IMG/VR virus record: IMGVR_UViG_3300025154_000061
Span: 1 to 64,000 of that record
Source of the DNA: a virus
Strand: one strand, 5' to 3'
DNA length: 64,000 nt
The notes under the pieces are model-generated. The model was not told where the DNA came from. It ran no database searches and was given only the letters and a program-made list of their open reading frames with translations. Position 1 is the first letter of the stretch, and every line of letters starts with the position of its first letter. The translations under genes and the position numbers were made by a program. Below, in pieces: positions 9,004 to 18,841 of the stretch.

Positions 9004-11799
9004 ATGGCGATCGTTCGTCGGTGGGGCGTCACCCACGCAGCCGGGACCGCAGTCGTCGAGCAGCCCGCGCAGGAAGCGATCAATGCGAGCGCCCTCGGGT
9101 GGTTCGCGCCGATCGGCAAGTTCGAGCGCGGCGAGATCTCGAAGCCCGGCACGCCCGCGATCAACAAGTGCTACACCGCTGACGACCTCGCGCGCAAGAT
9201 GGGCTCGCGGATCGACGGGAGCTTCGCCCCCGACGTCTGCGAAGACTTCTTCGCCTACGGGCAGGGCGCGGGCGGGCTCGTGCCGATCCGTATCACCGAC
9301 GGCACCGAGATCACCCCCCACGTCGACCTTTACTCGCGCCATTGGGGCACCGACTACACCGCCCCGCACGGCACCGCCCCGACGCAGCGCTCGAAGGTTC
9401 CCGTGCTGCGTGTCAGCGCGAAGAACGCGGGTCGGTGGGGTGGTCGCAAGCGCCTCTTCTTCAAGACGATCGCGCTCGCCGACGTCGCCGCCGCCTTCAC
9501 CGAAACGACCGTCACCTTCGCGGGCGAGGCGTTCGTCGTCGACGAGTTCAAGGGCGCGCTGCTCGTGCTCGTCGCGGGCGCCGTCGCCGTCTCTTACCGC
9601 GTGATCTCGAACACCGCGACCGTGATCACCGTCGAGGCCGATTCGATGATGGAATCGGATCTCGGCGCGGCTGCCGACACGTCGTGCGTGCTCGTCGAGC
9701 CGAACGAACTGCTCGACAGCGGCGCCCGCTACGCCCTCGGCGTCAAGGTCGTCGGCGCCGAGGTCGATCCGTCGACGAACTTCGGCCTCGAAGTCTACGT
9801 CAACGAGGCGCTCGTCAAGCCGTTCCGCACGCTGTCGCTCGACCCCGCCTCGCCCTACTACGTCGAGAAGGTGATCAACGACGACGCGAGCAACGACTAC
9901 GTCGTCGTCGACGACCTGTGGGCGGGGCTCTCGCTGCCCGTCACCCCCGAGGCCCGCCCGGCGAACTTCTACGGCAAGCTCGCCGCGCTGACCGCGACGA
10001 AGGCGACGTTCAACGTCTGCCAGATCGTCGACGTCGAAGATGCGAACGTGCAAGTCGTCGACGTCGACACGAGCGGCGTCGTCGCCCCGAGCGTCGGGCA
10101 CAACGACGAGATCTTCGCGGGGCCGGTGCGCCTGACCTTTACGTGGGTGCTCGCCTCGAACAAGTACACCGTCGCCGCGACGGCGATCCGCGACAAGAGC
10201 GTCGTCTTCAAGACCCTTCCCGACTTCGCGGTCGGCGCGGGCGCGCAGGCGAACAAGGTCTACACCGCGAACTCGTTCCTGCCCGCGATCACGATCGACC
10301 ACAAGGGCGCGGTCGCGAACACGAAGACGTTCGTCGTCGACTTCCTGCCCGTCCCGGTGCTCGAAGCGACCTTCAACGGGCACGTCATGCCCGACGTCGC
10401 CGGGAAGCCCCTCGCCCGGCTGCGCGTGAAGAGCGCCACGGTCGACAGCGTGACGATCGAAAGCGGCGACCTGACGACCTACGGGCAGGCCCCGACGCAG
10501 GCGAGCGTCACGGGCACGGCGATCGGCGCCGGGGCGACGTTCACCTTCGTCGTCGGCGCGGGCACGAGCGACGCCTTCGCGTTCAACGTCGACGGTCGCG
10601 GCGCGATCGTCGGGACGCTGCCCGCTGGCGGCGCGATCACGCTGGCGGCGATCGTCGCCGCGATCAACGCAGTTGCGAACCCGATCCTGGGCTACAACCC
10701 CGCGAGCGCGACGGCCGACGGCAAGGTCAAGATCACCTCGGGGTGGTTCGAGGGCGGCGGCCCCGCCTCGTCGGTCGAGGTCGCGACGGCCGCGAACGAC
10801 TGCTACACCGTGCTCGGCCTCACGGTCGCCACGACGCGCGGCACCGAGGGCAAGCTCGCCGGGCTCTCGTTCCCCGAGCAACTCGGCGGCGGGCACGACG
10901 GCGGCACCCCGAGCGATAACGACTACCTCGAAGCCCTCGCGGTCGACGACGGCCCCTTCTCGCTCGTCACCCCCGAAGACGGGATCGGCACGCTGCGAAT
11001 CTCGCTCGCGGGCGTGACCTCGACGACCGTCCAGAAGGCCGCGATCACGCTGGCCGAGGCGCACAATCACCAATACCTGACGAACATCCCGGCCGCGAAC
11101 GTCACGACGCAGGCGATCGTCGACTACGTCAACGACACGATCGGCCGCAGCGACTTCGCGGCGCCCTTCTTCCCGTCGTGGGTCGACGTGCCCGATCCCG
11201 ACAAGTCGGGGATCGTCTTGAAGCGCATCCCGATCGACGGGCAGATCGCGGGCTTGATCGCCCGCTACGCCCACGCGAACGAGGGCTACCACGTTCCGGC
11301 CGCAGGGCTCGACGCGAAGCTCTCGCGCGTGGTCGCGCTGCCCCTCGACGTGAAGTTGATCAACGCCGAGGCGCTCACGCCGCAGGGGATCAACCCGATC
11401 CAGAAGAAGCGCGGCTCGTTCGTCGTGTGGGGGATGCGCTCGCAGAACGCGACCGCCGCGTTCAAGCAGTTGACCCACCGAATGCAACTCTCGCACTACG
11501 AATGGACGTTCCTCTCGTCGCTCGATTGGGTGATCTTCATGCTGAACGTGCCGACGACGCGCGGGAACGTCGTCACCGCGTTCCGCGAGTTCTTCAAGCC
11601 CGAGTTCGCCAAGGGCGCGATCACGGGCAGCGACTTCGACGACGCCTGCTCGATCAAGTGCGACGCGGGCAACAACTCGCAGGCGAGCGTCGACGACGGC
11701 GAACTCTACGCCGACGTCGCGGTGCGCATTCCGAGCTTCGTCGAGCGCTTCGTGATCCGGGTGTCGAAGGCTGGCGTCTTCGAGGGGACGTCGAACTAG
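9004..11799 (+). CDS. contractile tail sheath protein (931 aa, with inserted domains)
   Basis: C-terminal motifs FFPSWV, GQIAGLIAR, VPAAG, LTPQGINPI, VVWGMRS, IKCDAGNN, VERFVIRV. Confidence 0.92.
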   Translation: MAIVRRWGVTHAAGTAVVEQPAQEAINASALGWFAPIGKFERGEISKPGTPAINKCYTADDLARKMGSRIDGSFAPDVCEDFFAYGQGAGGLVPIRITDGTEITPHVDLYSRHWGTDYTAPHGTAPTQRSKVPVLRVSAKNAGRWGGRKRLFFKTIALADVAAAFTETTVTFAGEAFVVDEFKGALLVLVAGAVAVSYRVISNTATVITVEADSMMESDLGAAADTSCVLVEPNELLDSGARYALGVKVVGAEVDPSTNFGLEVYVNEALVKPFRTLSLDPASPYYVEKVINDDASNDYVVVDDLWAGLSLPVTPEARPANFYGKLAALTATKATFNVCQIVDVEDANVQVVDVDTSGVVAPSVGHNDEIFAGPVRLTFTWVLASNKYTVAATAIRDKSVVFKTLPDFAVGAGAQANKVYTANSFLPAITIDHKGAVANTKTFVVDFLPVPVLEATFNGHVMPDVAGKPLARLRVKSATVDSVTIESGDLTTYGQAPTQASVTGTAIGAGATFTFVVGAGTSDAFAFNVDGRGAIVGTLPAGGAITLAAIVAAINAVANPILGYNPASATADGKVKITSGWFEGGGPASSVEVATAANDCYTVLGLTVATTRGTEGKLAGLSFPEQLGGGHDGGTPSDNDYLEALAVDDGPFSLVTPEDGIGTLRISLAGVTSTTVQKAAITLAEAHNHQYLTNIPAANVTTQAIVDYVNDTIGRSDFAAPFFPSWVDVPDPDKSGIVLKRIPIDGQIAGLIARYAHANEGYHVPAAGLDAKLSRVVALPLDVKLINAEALTPQGINPIQKKRGSFVVWGMRSQNATAAFKQLTHRMQLSHYEWTFLSSLDWVIFMLNVPTTRGNVVTAFREFFKPEFAKGAITGSDFDDACSIKCDAGNNSQASVDDGELYADVAVRIPSFVERFVIRVSKAGVFEGTSN

Positions 11800-11808
11800 C
11801 AGGCGCTA

Positions 11809-11826
11809 CGATAGGCTAGCCTATCG
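11809..11826. promoter_or_regulatory. perfect 18-bp palindrome CGATAGGCTAGCCTATCG
   Basis: Intergenic between sheath and tube; identical copy at 60733-60750, near copy at 27092-27109. Confidence 0.7.
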
Positions 11827-11847
11827 ACAACGAGAAAGGGGGCTCGC

Positions 11848-12291
11848 ATGACCGCCAAGGGAACGATCAAGGCCGACCATATCTCGACGAACGCGATCAA
11901 GCTGCTCGTGATCGGGCTGCCCGAGTTCGTGATCACCGAGCTTTCGGGGCTCGAAGAGGAACTCGAAACCGTCGAGCTTCCCGACCGCACGGTCGCGTCG
12001 GGCGGGAACACCAAGGCTTCCGAGTTCACCGTCAAGACCCCCATGCACCACCTCGTCGAGCAGGCCGCGTGGGAAGCGTGGTTCAAAGAGGGGCAGGATC
12101 CCGTGTCGCCCCTCTACAAGAAGGCGGGCACGCTCGTTCACCCGTCGATCTCGGGCGGGACGCTGCGCACCTACTCGGTCGTCGGCGTCTTCGTCAAGAA
12201 GCGCAAGCTCCCCGACCTCAACATGAAGGGCGAGGGCGAAATGGCCGTCGTCGAGTGGACGCTCTCGGTCGACGACGTGCTGCCGATCTAG
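11848..12291 (+). CDS. tail tube protein
   Basis: 147 aa after sheath; motifs LSGLEEE, WEAWF, KKAGTL, VEWTLSVD like T4 gp19-type tubes. Confidence 0.85.
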   Translation: MTAKGTIKADHISTNAIKLLVIGLPEFVITELSGLEEELETVELPDRTVASGGNTKASEFTVKTPMHHLVEQAAWEAWFKEGQDPVSPLYKKAGTLVHPSISGGTLRTYSVVGVFVKKRKLPDLNMKGEGEMAVVEWTLSVDDVLPI

Positions 12292-12330
12292 TCGGCGAGG
12301 CACCAAGAGGGCATTGGAAGGCAGGCCAAA

Positions 12331-13236
12331 ATGAGACGGGCTACCGTTGCCGAACTTCGCGACCGCCTACCCGTGGGCAAGGTCGCGGCCGACGGCACCC
12401 GCGCTCGGTCGTTCTCGTTCAAGCGCTGGCGCGGCGCCGACGAACGAGTGATCGGCGCGATCCGAGAAGAGAACCGTTCGATCTCGGCGGGCGCGTTCGC
12501 CGCCGAGGTGCTCGCGCACTTCCTCGCCGACTGGCAGGGCGAGAGCTTCGAGGGGCTGTCGAAGGGCGAGAAGCGCCTTCGGATCTCGCAGTCGTGGGCG
12601 GCCGACGTCTACGCCGCTTGGTTCGAGCTTCGTCGTCGGGCGCTCTCGAACGAGTTCGACTCGCGCCTGCACTGCGCGCAGTGTCGCACGCCGTTCGACT
12701 ACATCGTTGACGTGGGCTCGATCGACTCGCTCGAACTCGAAGACGGCGAGGCGATCTCGACGCCCTTCGCGTTGCGCGACGGGTTGTCGTGGCAGGGGCA
12801 GGATCGCAAGCTCTTGACCCTCGAACCGCTGCGATGGGAAGCCTACGAGGCACTCGCCCCGGGGAACGAGGTCAACCTCGGGACGGTCAAGCTCGCGGTC
12901 TGTGCGAGCGCGATCGTCGGGCTCGAAGGGATCGCCTCGCGGGTGAAGCTCCCGACGACCGCCCTCGACGACCTGTCGAAGTTCGATCTCGAATCGCTCT
13001 CGGCGTGGGTCAACGAGAACCAGCCCGGCCCCGTGCTCTTGATCGAGACGCACTGCCCGAAGTGCAAGGCCCCGATCGCCCGGTCGTTCCCGTGGGTGTA
13101 TGACGTTTTTTTCTCGGCGAAGACTTCTTCGACCTCCGCACCCCTGAGCGGTGGCGCCGGGAAGTCTTCGCCCTTGCCTACGGCGTGCCCGGCTTCACCG
13201 TCGATCTCGACGGGGCAACCCCCGCCGACCGAATAG
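12331..13236 (+). CDS. tail assembly chaperone/baseplate hub assembly protein (T4 gp26-like), short form
   Basis: Between tube and tape measure; two CxxC motifs; slippery T-tract after ...YDVFF. Confidence 0.75.
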   Translation: MRRATVAELRDRLPVGKVAADGTRARSFSFKRWRGADERVIGAIREENRSISAGAFAAEVLAHFLADWQGESFEGLSKGEKRLRISQSWAADVYAAWFELRRRALSNEFDSRLHCAQCRTPFDYIVDVGSIDSLELEDGEAISTPFALRDGLSWQGQDRKLLTLEPLRWEAYEALAPGNEVNLGTVKLAVCASAIVGLEGIASRVKLPTTALDDLSKFDLESLSAWVNENQPGPVLLIETHCPKCKAPIARSFPWVYDVFFSAKTSSTSAPLSGGAGKSSPLPTACPASPSISTGQPPPTE

Positions 13237-13307
13237 CGTGGTTGAAGCTCTTGCGCGAGCAGCAGGCCCGCGAAGAGCGGGCGCGGGCCGACGCCGCGAA
13301 GAAGTGA
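13107..13307 (+). other. programmed -1 frameshift site (T TTT TTC) and extension ORF of tail chaperone
   Basis: Heptamer at 13107-13113; -1 frame reads FLGEDFFDLRTPERWRREVFALAYGVPG...RIAWLKLLREQQAREE...KK to TGA 13305-13307, 10 nt before the tape measure start. Confidence 0.8.
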
Positions 13308-13317
13308 GGGGGCTACC

Positions 13318-15678
13318 TTGGAACGCCTCGGCCTCGAAGCGGTCTTCGAATTCGACCCCTCGCACGGGATCTCGGGCGCGAAGCGCGCCGAAGTCGCAAT
13401 GAGAGCCCTCGAACGCGGCGTCGACAAGGTCGGCAGCGGCGTTGGAAAGATGGGCGAGGGCTTCCGACAGGCGACCACGGCACTTGCCCCGGCCCTTCTC
13501 GCGGTCGGCGCCGCGACCGCCTTCGCGGTCAAGAACTTCGTCGATTTCAATTCCGAGTTCGCCAAGATCGGGACGCTGCTCGACGGGGGCACTCGCGAGG
13601 CCCGGGGGTTCACCCGGGACGTCGAGCGCCTCGCCTTGCAGTTCGGCAAGGGCACGAAAGACATTCAGGCCGCCATGTTCCAAACCCTGTCGGCGGGTGG
13701 GTCGGCGGCGAAGCACCCGATCGAGGTCTTGAAGGCTGCGGGCATGGCGGCGACGGCGGGCTTCACCACGATCGAGACGGCGGCCGACGGCTTGACGAAT
13801 GTCCTGAACGCCTACGGGATGAACGTCAGCGAGGTTGGGCGGATCAACGACGCCTTCTTCATTGCCAACCGCGAAGGCAAGACCACGGTCGACGAACTCG
13901 CGAAGTCGATAGGGCAGGCCGCCCCGACCGCCGCGCTCGTGGGGGTGCCGCTCGAAGAACTCACGAGCGCGATCGCCCTTATGACCACGCAGGGCATTGA
14001 CACGCAAATGTCGGTCGTGTCGATCAATCAAGCGCTGCTCTCGTTCGTCAAGCCCTCGCGCGAGGCCGCGAAACTGGCCGAACAATACGGGATCGATCTC
14101 TCGCTGTCGGCCTTGAAAGCCAAGGGGTTCCGACAGGCCCTCGCCGACGTGAACGACAAGATCGGCGACAACGAAGACGCGCTCGCCATGCTCTTCGGGA
14201 ACGTGCGCGCCTTCCGCGCCGCCGCCTCGCTGGCAGCCGAGGGCGGCGCCGCCTTCTCGCGCGTGCTCGAAGCGACGCGCACCGAGACGGGGATCACCGC
14301 CGAGAAGTTCCGCGACGTGACGGGCGATATCGGCTTCCAGTTCAAGCGGCTTCTACCTGCGGCCGGGATCGCCGCGAACCGGATCGGGAAGGCGTTCGCC
14401 GAGGTCTTCAACCTCGCTGAAGCGAGCGGGGGCGCTGATTGGATCGAGGCGAACCTCGACCGGATCGAGCAGAAGGCGAAGGCGTTCTTCGCCTCGGTCA
14501 AGCGGGGGTTCAACGAGCTTCGGATCGGCGAGAAGATCGAGGCCGCCCGCGCCGCGTTCGAGCGCCTCGGCAGGTCGATCGACGCGACCTTCGGCAGCGA
14601 GTCGGGGCGGCGCGTCGCCGATATGGCGCTCGCGATCGGTGCGATTGGGATCGTGGCCGCCCCGTTGTTGTTCGCGCTGTCGCCGATCGTCGGGATGATT
14701 GGCGGGATCGGCAAGGCGGCGCTCGGCCTCGGCGAAGCGTTGGGGGGGATCGCGACCACCGTCTCGGGGCTCGGCGCCTCGATCCTCGGTGTCGCTGACG
14801 CGTCGGCGATTCTCGCCGGGGCGGTTGGCGGGGCTGCCGTCGTGGGCGCCGTTGCCGTGGGCGCCGCTGCCGTCGAAGCCTACCAAGACAAGTCGACCGG
14901 GCTCTCGCTGGCGATCGACAACCTGTGGGGCTCGATCAAGAACCTTTGGACCGTGATCGCCGAGTCGGCCGCGTTCATTTCCGCGCAGGCCCCGGGCGCG
15001 TGGCAGGGGTTCGTGAACGTGATCGGCGAGGTCGCTCGCGGCGCGGTTCACCTTCTGACGATCGGGATCGAGCTTCTCGGCGTCGCGTTGAAGGGGGTTG
15101 GGCTCGTGATCGCCGGGATCGTTTGGTTCCTCGACGAGATCGCGCAGTCGATCTCGGCCGTGATTCGCGAGGTGCGCGACGCCTACTACGCCGTCGGGAC
15201 TATGACCGGCCTATGGGAAGACAACCGGGCCGCCGTCGAGCACTACAACCGCGAGGTCGAGCGCACCGTCGCCGCCGCCGAGACGCACCGACAGCAGGTC
15301 GAGATCGACGCGCGCGCCTACCAATCGCTCGCCGCAGCGACCGAGGCCGCCGCGAACGCCGAGAACGCCCTCGCCCGTGCGAAAGACTCGCGCCGGGCGA
15401 GCGAAGCGGGCTACGGCGACGCGCTGACCGACGAGATCCTCTCGGATATCGCCGGGGCGAAGAAGAGCGAGATCGTCGCGACGTCGAACGCAGTTGCCAA
15501 CGCGACGAGCAAGCAGAAGATCGAGGTCACGGCGAACTTGAAGGTCGACGGGCAGACGATGAACGCCGCGACCGGGCGCGCGCAGGTCGAGCTTTCCGAG
15601 CGCGCCGGGGCGAACGTCACCCCGTGGCAGCGTCGAACCATGATCGAGCGCGGCGCGCAGGCCGCGACTGCGGGGTAG
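13318..15678 (+). CDS. tail tape measure protein (TP901 family)
   Basis: TP901-type core (AGFTTIETAADGLTNVLNAYG, GKTTVDELAKSIG), Ala/Gly-rich helical repeats; TTG start with RBS. Confidence 0.92.
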   Translation: MERLGLEAVFEFDPSHGISGAKRAEVAMRALERGVDKVGSGVGKMGEGFRQATTALAPALLAVGAATAFAVKNFVDFNSEFAKIGTLLDGGTREARGFTRDVERLALQFGKGTKDIQAAMFQTLSAGGSAAKHPIEVLKAAGMAATAGFTTIETAADGLTNVLNAYGMNVSEVGRINDAFFIANREGKTTVDELAKSIGQAAPTAALVGVPLEELTSAIALMTTQGIDTQMSVVSINQALLSFVKPSREAAKLAEQYGIDLSLSALKAKGFRQALADVNDKIGDNEDALAMLFGNVRAFRAAASLAAEGGAAFSRVLEATRTETGITAEKFRDVTGDIGFQFKRLLPAAGIAANRIGKAFAEVFNLAEASGGADWIEANLDRIEQKAKAFFASVKRGFNELRIGEKIEAARAAFERLGRSIDATFGSESGRRVADMALAIGAIGIVAAPLLFALSPIVGMIGGIGKAALGLGEALGGIATTVSGLGASILGVADASAILAGAVGGAAVVGAVAVGAAAVEAYQDKSTGLSLAIDNLWGSIKNLWTVIAESAAFISAQAPGAWQGFVNVIGEVARGAVHLLTIGIELLGVALKGVGLVIAGIVWFLDEIAQSISAVIREVRDAYYAVGTMTGLWEDNRAAVEHYNREVERTVAAAETHRQQVEIDARAYQSLAAATEAAANAENALARAKDSRRASEAGYGDALTDEILSDIAGAKKSEIVATSNAVANATSKQKIEVTANLKVDGQTMNAATGRAQVELSERAGANVTPWQRRTMIERGAQAATAG

Positions 15679-15681
15679 CGC

Positions 15682-16467
15682 ATGGGGATCGCTCTCGGCA
15701 AGTGGCCGTTCCCGAAGCCGCCCCTCTGGTCGCTCGTCTGCCTCGAAGGCGTCTTCGAGGATCAAGAGATCAAGGGGCAGTTCCCGCCCGAGGCGTTCAC
15801 CGAGAACGTCTCGACGAGTTGGTCCGACCTCGCGATCGCGAAGCGGCGCGAGCCGATCTTGCAGTGGTCGAGGGGCGAGGCCGAGACGGCGAGCTTCTCG
15901 GCGAAGCTGTGGGCTGAACGGCTTTCCGACGATATTCTCTCGCAAGTGACGATGATCCGCGCCACGGTCGAGCCCGACGCCGACCTCGGGCGGCCGCCCC
16001 TGTGGCGTTTCGCGTGGGGGCCGATCGAGTTCGACTGCGTCGTCGTCGAAGTGGGCGGGATCGTCTACGACGGGCTATGGTCTGACGGCAGGATCAAGGG
16101 CGTGACGTTCGCGCTGCGCCTGCGAAAAGTCGTCGACAAGCTCTCGCTCGAACCGATCGACCCGGCCGCCCCGGTTCACGATTCGCTTTACTCGCCGGTC
16201 GTCGCTGGCGAGACGTTCGAGAGCATGGCGGGCCGACAGTATGGCGAGCCTATGATCGGGGTTCTCTTGCGCCAGCGTTCGAAAGTGGCGTTCCCAAGGC
16301 CCGGCGAGATCGTGCGACTGCCCGAGGCGGGCCGCTTCGCGGGCAAGCCCTACAAGCCCCTCGCCTACGCCCTCGGCGATTCGCCCGCCGCCGTTGCCGT
16401 GCGCTCGGCGCGCCTCGACGAAGCCGCACGCGACGCCGAAGTTCCCCTCGTGAGGGCGGATCAATGA
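15682..16467 (+). CDS. tail tube initiator/LysM-like baseplate protein
   Basis: RPPLWRFAWG motif and LysM-like segment VVAGETFESMAGRQYGEP. Confidence 0.75.
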   Translation: MGIALGKWPFPKPPLWSLVCLEGVFEDQEIKGQFPPEAFTENVSTSWSDLAIAKRREPILQWSRGEAETASFSAKLWAERLSDDILSQVTMIRATVEPDADLGRPPLWRFAWGPIEFDCVVVEVGGIVYDGLWSDGRIKGVTFALRLRKVVDKLSLEPIDPAAPVHDSLYSPVVAGETFESMAGRQYGEPMIGVLLRQRSKVAFPRPGEIVRLPEAGRFAGKPYKPLAYALGDSPAAVAVRSARLDEAARDAEVPLVRADQ

Positions 16468-17744
16468 CCGCTCGCGATTTCATGGCGCCCGCCTTCCGGC
16501 TCTTCGTCGAAGGGCACGAGGTCGGCGAAGAGGTCACGCAGCACGTTGTCGAGATCGACGTCGAGCACACCGTCGACGTGATCTCGAAGACGTCGATCGT
16601 CGTGCAAGACGCCGACAACCGTTGGACTGACTCGATCCTGTGGGAACCGGGGAACGAGGTTGACGTCTTCATGGGCTACGGGAACGCCCTCGGGCACGTC
16701 GGGCGCTTCGAGATCCTGCGGCACCTTCCCGACTACCCCGAAGACGGGGTTCCGACGTTGAAGATCTCGGGCTACGATCGCGCCTACCGAATGACCCGCC
16801 AATCGGTCGACGTCACGGGTGCAAAGCGCGCCCCGAAGAAGAAAGACAAGCTCGCCGAGGCGGGCCGGGTGTGGGCGAACACCTCGATCGGCGAGGTCGT
16901 GTCGTTCGTCTGCGCGAAATACGGGATCACGCCCGACATTGACCCCGAGATCGCGACCAAGCAGATCGGAACCTTCGTGCAAAAGAAGGGAACGAGCGAC
17001 TACAAGATTCTTCGTTATCTCGCGAACATATACGGCGCCGAGTTCTTCGTCGAGTTCGTGCCCGAGTTCGCAGCGATCGAGGGCGTGTCGTTCGGCGCGA
17101 TCAAGGCGAAGGGCGCGGGGGTCGCGCCGTCGTCGAGCGCGCCCGGGTGGGTCTGCCGTTTCCGCCTGCCGAAGAACGCCAAGCAAGAAAAGACCTACGA
17201 GTTCGAGCGCGGCACCCCGACGGCGACGATCCTGTCGGCCTCGGTCGATTGGGGGATCGATTCGAGCGTAGTCGACGTGCAAGTCTCGGTCTTCGATCGG
17301 GCGAAGGGCGAGTTCGTGGTCGTCAACGCCGAGGCCCCCGAGCCGAAGGGCAAGCCGAAGCGCTTCTCGCCGGGGCTTTTCGCGCAGGGCGGCACGCTCG
17401 GCGAGGTGAAGACCGACGCCACGACCGCCGACGCGATCGAGAGCCCTTCGGCGATCAAGATCGCGGCGCAGGGGCACTCGATCGACGTGCCGACGAGGTC
17501 GTTCAAGAACGCCGAAGAGGCGATCGCGTTCGCGCAAACGTGGTTGGAACGGCACCGCGACGCCTTCCTCGTCGCGCGGGCGACCCTCCCGGGCGTCGAA
17601 ACGCTGCGGGGAGGGCAGACGCACCGCTTGAAGGGGCTCGGGCGGCGCTACGACGGCGACTTCTACTTCGCGGCCGTGCGGCACCGCTACGATTCGAACA
17701 CCTACCGAACCGAAGTGATCGCCCGAAAGGTCGTCGAGGTCTAG
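16464..17744 (+). CDS. baseplate hub protein (late control D/gp27-like)
   Basis: Motifs FMGYG, LKISGYD, QKKGTSDYKILRYLA, GLGRRYDGDFYF..VRH. Confidence 0.85.
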   Translation: MTARDFMAPAFRLFVEGHEVGEEVTQHVVEIDVEHTVDVISKTSIVVQDADNRWTDSILWEPGNEVDVFMGYGNALGHVGRFEILRHLPDYPEDGVPTLKISGYDRAYRMTRQSVDVTGAKRAPKKKDKLAEAGRVWANTSIGEVVSFVCAKYGITPDIDPEIATKQIGTFVQKKGTSDYKILRYLANIYGAEFFVEFVPEFAAIEGVSFGAIKAKGAGVAPSSSAPGWVCRFRLPKNAKQEKTYEFERGTPTATILSASVDWGIDSSVVDVQVSVFDRAKGEFVVVNAEAPEPKGKPKRFSPGLFAQGGTLGEVKTDATTADAIESPSAIKIAAQGHSIDVPTRSFKNAEEAIAFAQTWLERHRDAFLVARATLPGVETLRGGQTHRLKGLGRRYDGDFYFAAVRHRYDSNTYRTEVIARKVVEV

Positions 17745-17746
17745 CA

Positions 17747-18466
17747 ATGGGGCACACCTTCCGCGATATCTTCGCCGCGATCGTCGTCGACGTGAACGAT
17801 CCCGAGAAGCGGGGTCGGATCAAGGTCAAGAGCGGGGCTCTTCTCGCCGAGGGGACCGATTACCCCGATTGGATCGAGCCTGCCTTCCCCTACGCGGGCA
17901 ACTCGGCGGGGTGGTTCGCCGTTCCTCCCGTCGAATCGGCTGTCGAGATCGAGATCGTCACGGGTTCGAGTGACGACGACGCGCCCGGTGAGTCGTTCGC
18001 GATCGACGCCCAACCCCGTTGGCGCTGCGGGCTCTACAAGACGACCGAAGACGTGCCCGCCGACCTCGCCAAGAACTACCCGCAGCGCGTCGGGATCGCG
18101 ACGCCGGGCGGGCAAGTGCTCGTTTTCGACGACAAGCTCTCGGAAACGATCTTGAAGTTCGGGAAGTTGCGCCTCGGCGGCGACGCCAGCGATCAACCGC
18201 TCGTGCTCGGGACGGTCTTTCTCTCGTTCGCCGGGGCGTTGATCGACGCGATCGTGTCGCATTTGCATATGGTCGACCTGTCGATCCTCGTTCCGGCCCT
18301 CGCCCTCTACTTCCTCCCGATGGTTCCGCCGCCTGCGCCGCCGCCCCCGGGGGCTGGCCCGTCGACGACCCCGCCGTTGAACGCCCCCGCCTTCGTCGCG
18401 TTGAAGGCTTCCCCGATCACCGATCGGGTGATAGTCTCCGACGTGGCGTTCACGCAGAAGTCGTGA
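17747..18466 (+). CDS. baseplate spike protein (gpV/gp5 OB-fold)
   Basis: VVDVNDPEKRGRIKV, GWFAVPPVESAV; His-x-His near the C-terminus. Confidence 0.85.
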   Translation: MGHTFRDIFAAIVVDVNDPEKRGRIKVKSGALLAEGTDYPDWIEPAFPYAGNSAGWFAVPPVESAVEIEIVTGSSDDDAPGESFAIDAQPRWRCGLYKTTEDVPADLAKNYPQRVGIATPGGQVLVFDDKLSETILKFGKLRLGGDASDQPLVLGTVFLSFAGALIDAIVSHLHMVDLSILVPALALYFLPMVPPPAPPPPGAGPSTTPPLNAPAFVALKASPITDRVIVSDVAFTQKS

Positions 18467-18479
18467 GGGGAGGGGCACC

Positions 18480-18839
18480 GTGCGGGGTTTGGCGCTTCCG
18501 ATTGTGGTCGTGCAAGGGCGGGCGAGGATCTGCGACGGCGAAGAGCAGGTCGCGAAGCTCGTTCTTCTGTCAATGCTCGACGGCGAGAGCGCAAATCCGT
18601 TTAACGGCGACGTCGGCCTCTCGGCGCCCGTCTTCTCGCTCGATAGCGGGGCGACGCGGGCGAAGATCTCGCGATCGATCACCCGGAATTTCGCGCGTCT
18701 GCAAGCTGGCGGCCGGGCGAAGCTCTTGTCGATCTCGTTCGACACCCCGAAGGGCGACGAGGCGGTCGTTCGGGTGCGCTACCGCGATCTCGAAACCGAC
18801 GAAGAGCGCGAGGTCGTGCGCGACGTGCGGAGGGCTTGA
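18480..18839 (+). CDS. baseplate wedge protein (gp25/GPW-like)
   Basis: 119 aa between spike and J-like gene; ends VRVRYRDLET. Confidence 0.75.
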   Translation: MRGLALPIVVVQGRARICDGEEQVAKLVLLSMLDGESANPFNGDVGLSAPVFSLDSGATRAKISRSITRNFARLQAGGRAKLLSISFDTPKGDEAVVRVRYRDLETDEEREVVRDVRRA

Positions 18840-18841
18840 AA

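Noticed and set aside
117-11496. Long minus-strand and alternate-frame ORFs (e.g. 117-2126, 2841-4571, 8950-11496, and similar ones throughout)
   Set aside because: Shadow ORFs from high GC and strong codon bias; Arg/Gly-rich with no motifs or RBS. The two nested nuclease ORFs differ in having family motifs, an RBS and a promoter.
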